Origin: an uncultured Chloroflexia bacterium | GTDB lineage: Bacteria > Chloroflexota > Limnocylindria > Limnocylindrales > CSP1-4 | Length of the DNA stretch: 64,000 nucleotides | Direction: 5' to 3' | Assembly (NCBI GenBank): GCA_963764785.1 | Contig: CAVXTU010000001.1 | Span: 478,015 to 542,014, forward strand | Part shown: positions 61,840-64,000 of the stretch, one piece after another | Numbering within the stretch: the stretch's first letter is position 1 | Layout of the letters: the number at the start of each line of letters is the position of its first letter | Made by a program: the position numbers and the translations under genes | The notes under the pieces: generated by a model | Database searches by the model: none | What the model saw: the letters and a program-made list of their open reading frames with translations, nothing else | Told to the model about the DNA's origin: nothing

Positions 61840-62452
61840 ATGGAGACTATCGCCATGGCTCGACTCGATCCGCTCTCGCTGGATGAGGTGGCAGGGCTCG
61901 AGGAGGTCGAACAGACCTACCAGCACACGCTCGGTTTCGTGCCCAATGGGCTGCGCATCATGGCCCGTCGCCCGGATATCGTGCGCGGCTTCATCGCGCT
62001 CCGACGAGCCGTGCTCGACCCTGCCTCGGGGACCGTGCCGGCAGAGTCTCAAGAACCTCTGCGCCCATCTCGCCAGCCGAACCCATGGTTGTCAGTACTG
62101 TCAGGCACACTCGCTGCAGGGAGCGGGACGAGCAGGAGCTGAGCAGGCACGACTCGAGGCGGTCTGGGATTTCCGGACCAGCGAGCTATTCAGCGAGGCT
62201 GAGCGCGCCGCCCTCGACTTCTCGGTCAAGGCGGCTTCGGTGCCCAACGGCGTCACCGACGACGACTTCGATCGGATGAAGAAGCACTGGGATGAAGGTC
62301 AGATCGTGGAGATCCTCGCGGCCGTATCGCTGTACGGGTTTTTGAATCGGTGGAACGACTCGCTGGCGACGCCGCTGGAGGAAACGGCGGCGTCCTTCGC
62401 CGACGCCGCCATCGGGCACAAGGGCTGGAGTCGTGGCAAGCACTCGGGATAG
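61840..62452 (+). CDS. carboxymuconolactone decarboxylase/AhpD-like family protein (apparent +1 frameshift near 62040-62050)
   Basis: MARLDPLSLDEV...NGLRIMARRPDIVRGF...GTVPAE | LKNLCAHLASRTHGCQYCQAHS (CxxC) ...IVEILAAVSLYGFLNRWNDS. Confidence 0.72.
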
Positions 62453-62464
62453 AGCGGCGCGCCC

Positions 62465-63301
62465 CTATGCCGCGGCGGTTCGTGCCACCGCCGGTCGTGC
62501 CATCTCCTCCTCGGTCATCTCGACCTGCATGGCACCGGTCATGATGGCCACGGCCTCCGACATCGAGTGGCTCTGTGGTGTCACTACCGCCACCCGCCGT
62601 CCCAGCCGCTGGATGTGGATGCGGTCGGCAACATCGAAGACGTGCGGCATGTTATGGCTGATGAGGATCACGGGGATGCCCCGGTCGCGGACGTCCCGAA
62701 CCAGCTGGAGCACCTTCTGCGACTCCTTCACGCCGAGTGCCGCGGTGGGCTCGTCCATGATGACCACGCGCTGGCCGAAGGCAGCGGCACGAGCCACGGC
62801 AACACCCTGGCGCTGTCCGCCCGAAAGGGTCTCGACCGCCTGGCTCATGTCCTGGATGGTGAGGAGCCCCAGCTCGGACATCTCCTTGCGTGCCGCTTCC
62901 CGCATGCCACTGAGGTCGAGCATGCGGAAGACCGAACCCAGGATGCCTGGCTTGCGACGCTCCCGGCCCAGGAACAGGTTGGTCCCGATATCGAGCGCCG
63001 GACAGACCGCCAGGGTCTGGTAGACCGTCTCGATGCCGGCGTCCATGGCATCGGTCGGTGAGGCCAGGTTGACCTTCTGACCGTCGATGTAGATGGCACC
63101 CTGGTCAGGGATGACCGCGCCGCTGAAGCACTTGATGAGCGTCGACTTGCCAGCCCCGTTGTCGCCGATGACGCCCAGCACCTCGCCCGGATAGAGCTCC
63201 AGGTTGGCATGGTCGATGGCCACGACGCGTCCGTAGCTCTTCACGAGATCGGCCGCCTGCAGGACCGGTCGAAGTTCGTTGGTCGTATCGGTGGCGATCA
63301 T
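62465..63301 (-). CDS. sugar ABC transporter ATP-binding protein (single NBD)
   Basis: GDNGAGKSTLIK, LSGGQRQGVAVARA, VIMDEPTAALG. ATGA overlap with the upstream permease. The track ORF to 63694 is an extension. Confidence 0.82.
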   Translation of the reverse strand: MIATDTTNELRPVLQAADLVKSYGRVVAIDHANLELYPGEVLGVIGDNGAGKSTLIKCFSGAVIPDQGAIYIDGQKVNLASPTDAMDAGIETVYQTLAVCPALDIGTNLFLGRERRKPGILGSVFRMLDLSGMREAARKEMSELGLLTIQDMSQAVETLSGGQRQGVAVARAAAFGQRVVIMDEPTAALGVKESQKVLQLVRDVRDRGIPVILISHNMPHVFDVADRIHIQRLGRRVAVVTPQSHSMSEAVAIMTGAMQVEMTEEEMARPAVARTAAA

Positions 63302-64000
63302 GCGCTCACCCTCCGGATCCACTGGTCGATGGTGACAGCCACGATGACGAGGACGCCGATGGTGAAGTCCTGCCACAGCGGATCGAACCCGGCCAGGCTC
63401 AAGCCGTTGCGAGCCATGCCCACGATGATGGCGCCGAGCAAGGTCCCGATGACCACACCACGACCACCGAACAGGCTGGTGCCACCGATGACGACAGCGG
63501 TGATGGTGTCGAGGTTGTAGCCCAGCCCTGACTGCGGGCTGGCGGCTCCGATCCGTCCCATCAGGAACCAGGCGCCGATGCCATAGATGAGGCCGGCTAC
63601 GGCGTAGACCGATACGAGCACCCGGTTCACCTTGATGCCGGTGAGGCGCGAGGCCTCGGGGTCGTCGCCGGTGGCGTAGATGTGACGCCCCCACGCCGTG
63701 TAGCGCAGGACGTAGGCCATGATCCCGTACATCGCAAGCATGCCGAGAGAGGCCAGCGGGATGGGCGTGTCGATGATGGGGACCATGATGTTGCCCTGCT
63801 TGCCGGCCGTGGTGGTCAGCAGCGAGTCCATGTCCGAGCCGCGGATGGTGGTCGAGCCCGAGACGTACAGGTTCAGGGCGAAGAAGATGCTCAGCGTGCC
63901 CAGCGTGACGATGAACGGCGGCAGCCGCAATCGGGTGATGAGCAGGCCGTTGAGGAGACCGCAGGCGGTGCCGAAGGTGAACCCGACCAGCAGGGCCGCG
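63298..64000 (-). CDS. sugar ABC transporter permease, RbsC/AraH family (5' end outside window)
   Basis: PPFIVTLGTLSIF...GRHIYATGDDPEASRLTGI...AVVIGGTSLFGGRG. The reading frame is open to the window edge. Confidence 0.82.
   Translation of the reverse strand, partial: AALLVGFTFGTACGLLNGLLITRLRLPPFIVTLGTLSIFFALNLYVSGSTTIRGSDMDSLLTTTAGKQGNIMVPIIDTPIPLASLGMLAMYGIMAYVLRYTAWGRHIYATGDDPEASRLTGIKVNRVLVSVYAVAGLIYGIGAWFLMGRIGAASPQSGLGYNLDTITAVVIGGTSLFGGRGVVIGTLLGAIIVGMARNGLSLAGFDPLWQDFTIGVLVIVAVTIDQWIRRVSA

Overview
Visibly GC-rich chromosomal segment with many GTG starts and ATGA/GTGA-coupled genes. Gene content looks actinobacterial or Chloroflexi-like (F420/deazaflavin-type enzymes, a SARP domain, an ECF sigma factor). 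Left end: a phosphate supercluster on the + strand (ppk1, CYTH-CHAD, Lys-rich basic protein, pstSCAB-phoU-arsC-sixA behind an array of 11-bp PHO-box-like direct repeats), facing a minus-strand operon (J-domain protein, gltX, NTF2-like, OmpR-type response regulator, a 363-bp spacer, soluble PAS histidine kinase). Middle: housekeeping and transport genes, namely asparaginase II, upp, pfkB-family kinase, SDR, MetE-like enzyme, a class III transaminase with a NitT/TauT-type ABC importer, a membrane adenylate cyclase reading in frame into an iodotyrosine-deiodinase-like nitroreductase, proC, an LLM oxidoreductase, a methyltransferase, a multiply frameshifted BtuF-like gene, natAB-like exporter, ferredoxin, cupredoxin, Zn-ribbon protein, LOG, YtfJ/GerW, DUF1294 and hmuTUV. 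Right part: an ECF sigma with a membrane BNR-propeller partner, then tRNA-Gly(UCC). The tRNA is followed by about 8.5 kb bounded by two decayed copies of its 3' half, which fits tandem integrated-element remnants with no integrase. This island carries a roughly 1,750-aa SARP / Ser-Thr kinase / STAND NTPase / TM / beta-propeller protein, a beta-lactamase-fold protein with all catalytic motifs lost, and a secreted protein. Further right: blaI-blaR1-like genes divergent from an RTX-like beta-roll protein, fetAB-like, zur-znuA, csp, cydDC, yceI, an AhpD-like gene and the start of a sugar ABC operon. No rRNA, CRISPR array, transposase or integrase was recognised. About 18 single-base frame breaks interrupt otherwise intact genes, including essential gltX. 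Nearly all are +1-type and eight cluster at 27.4-31.1 kb, so many are probably consensus errors. Every disruption call is conditional on that.
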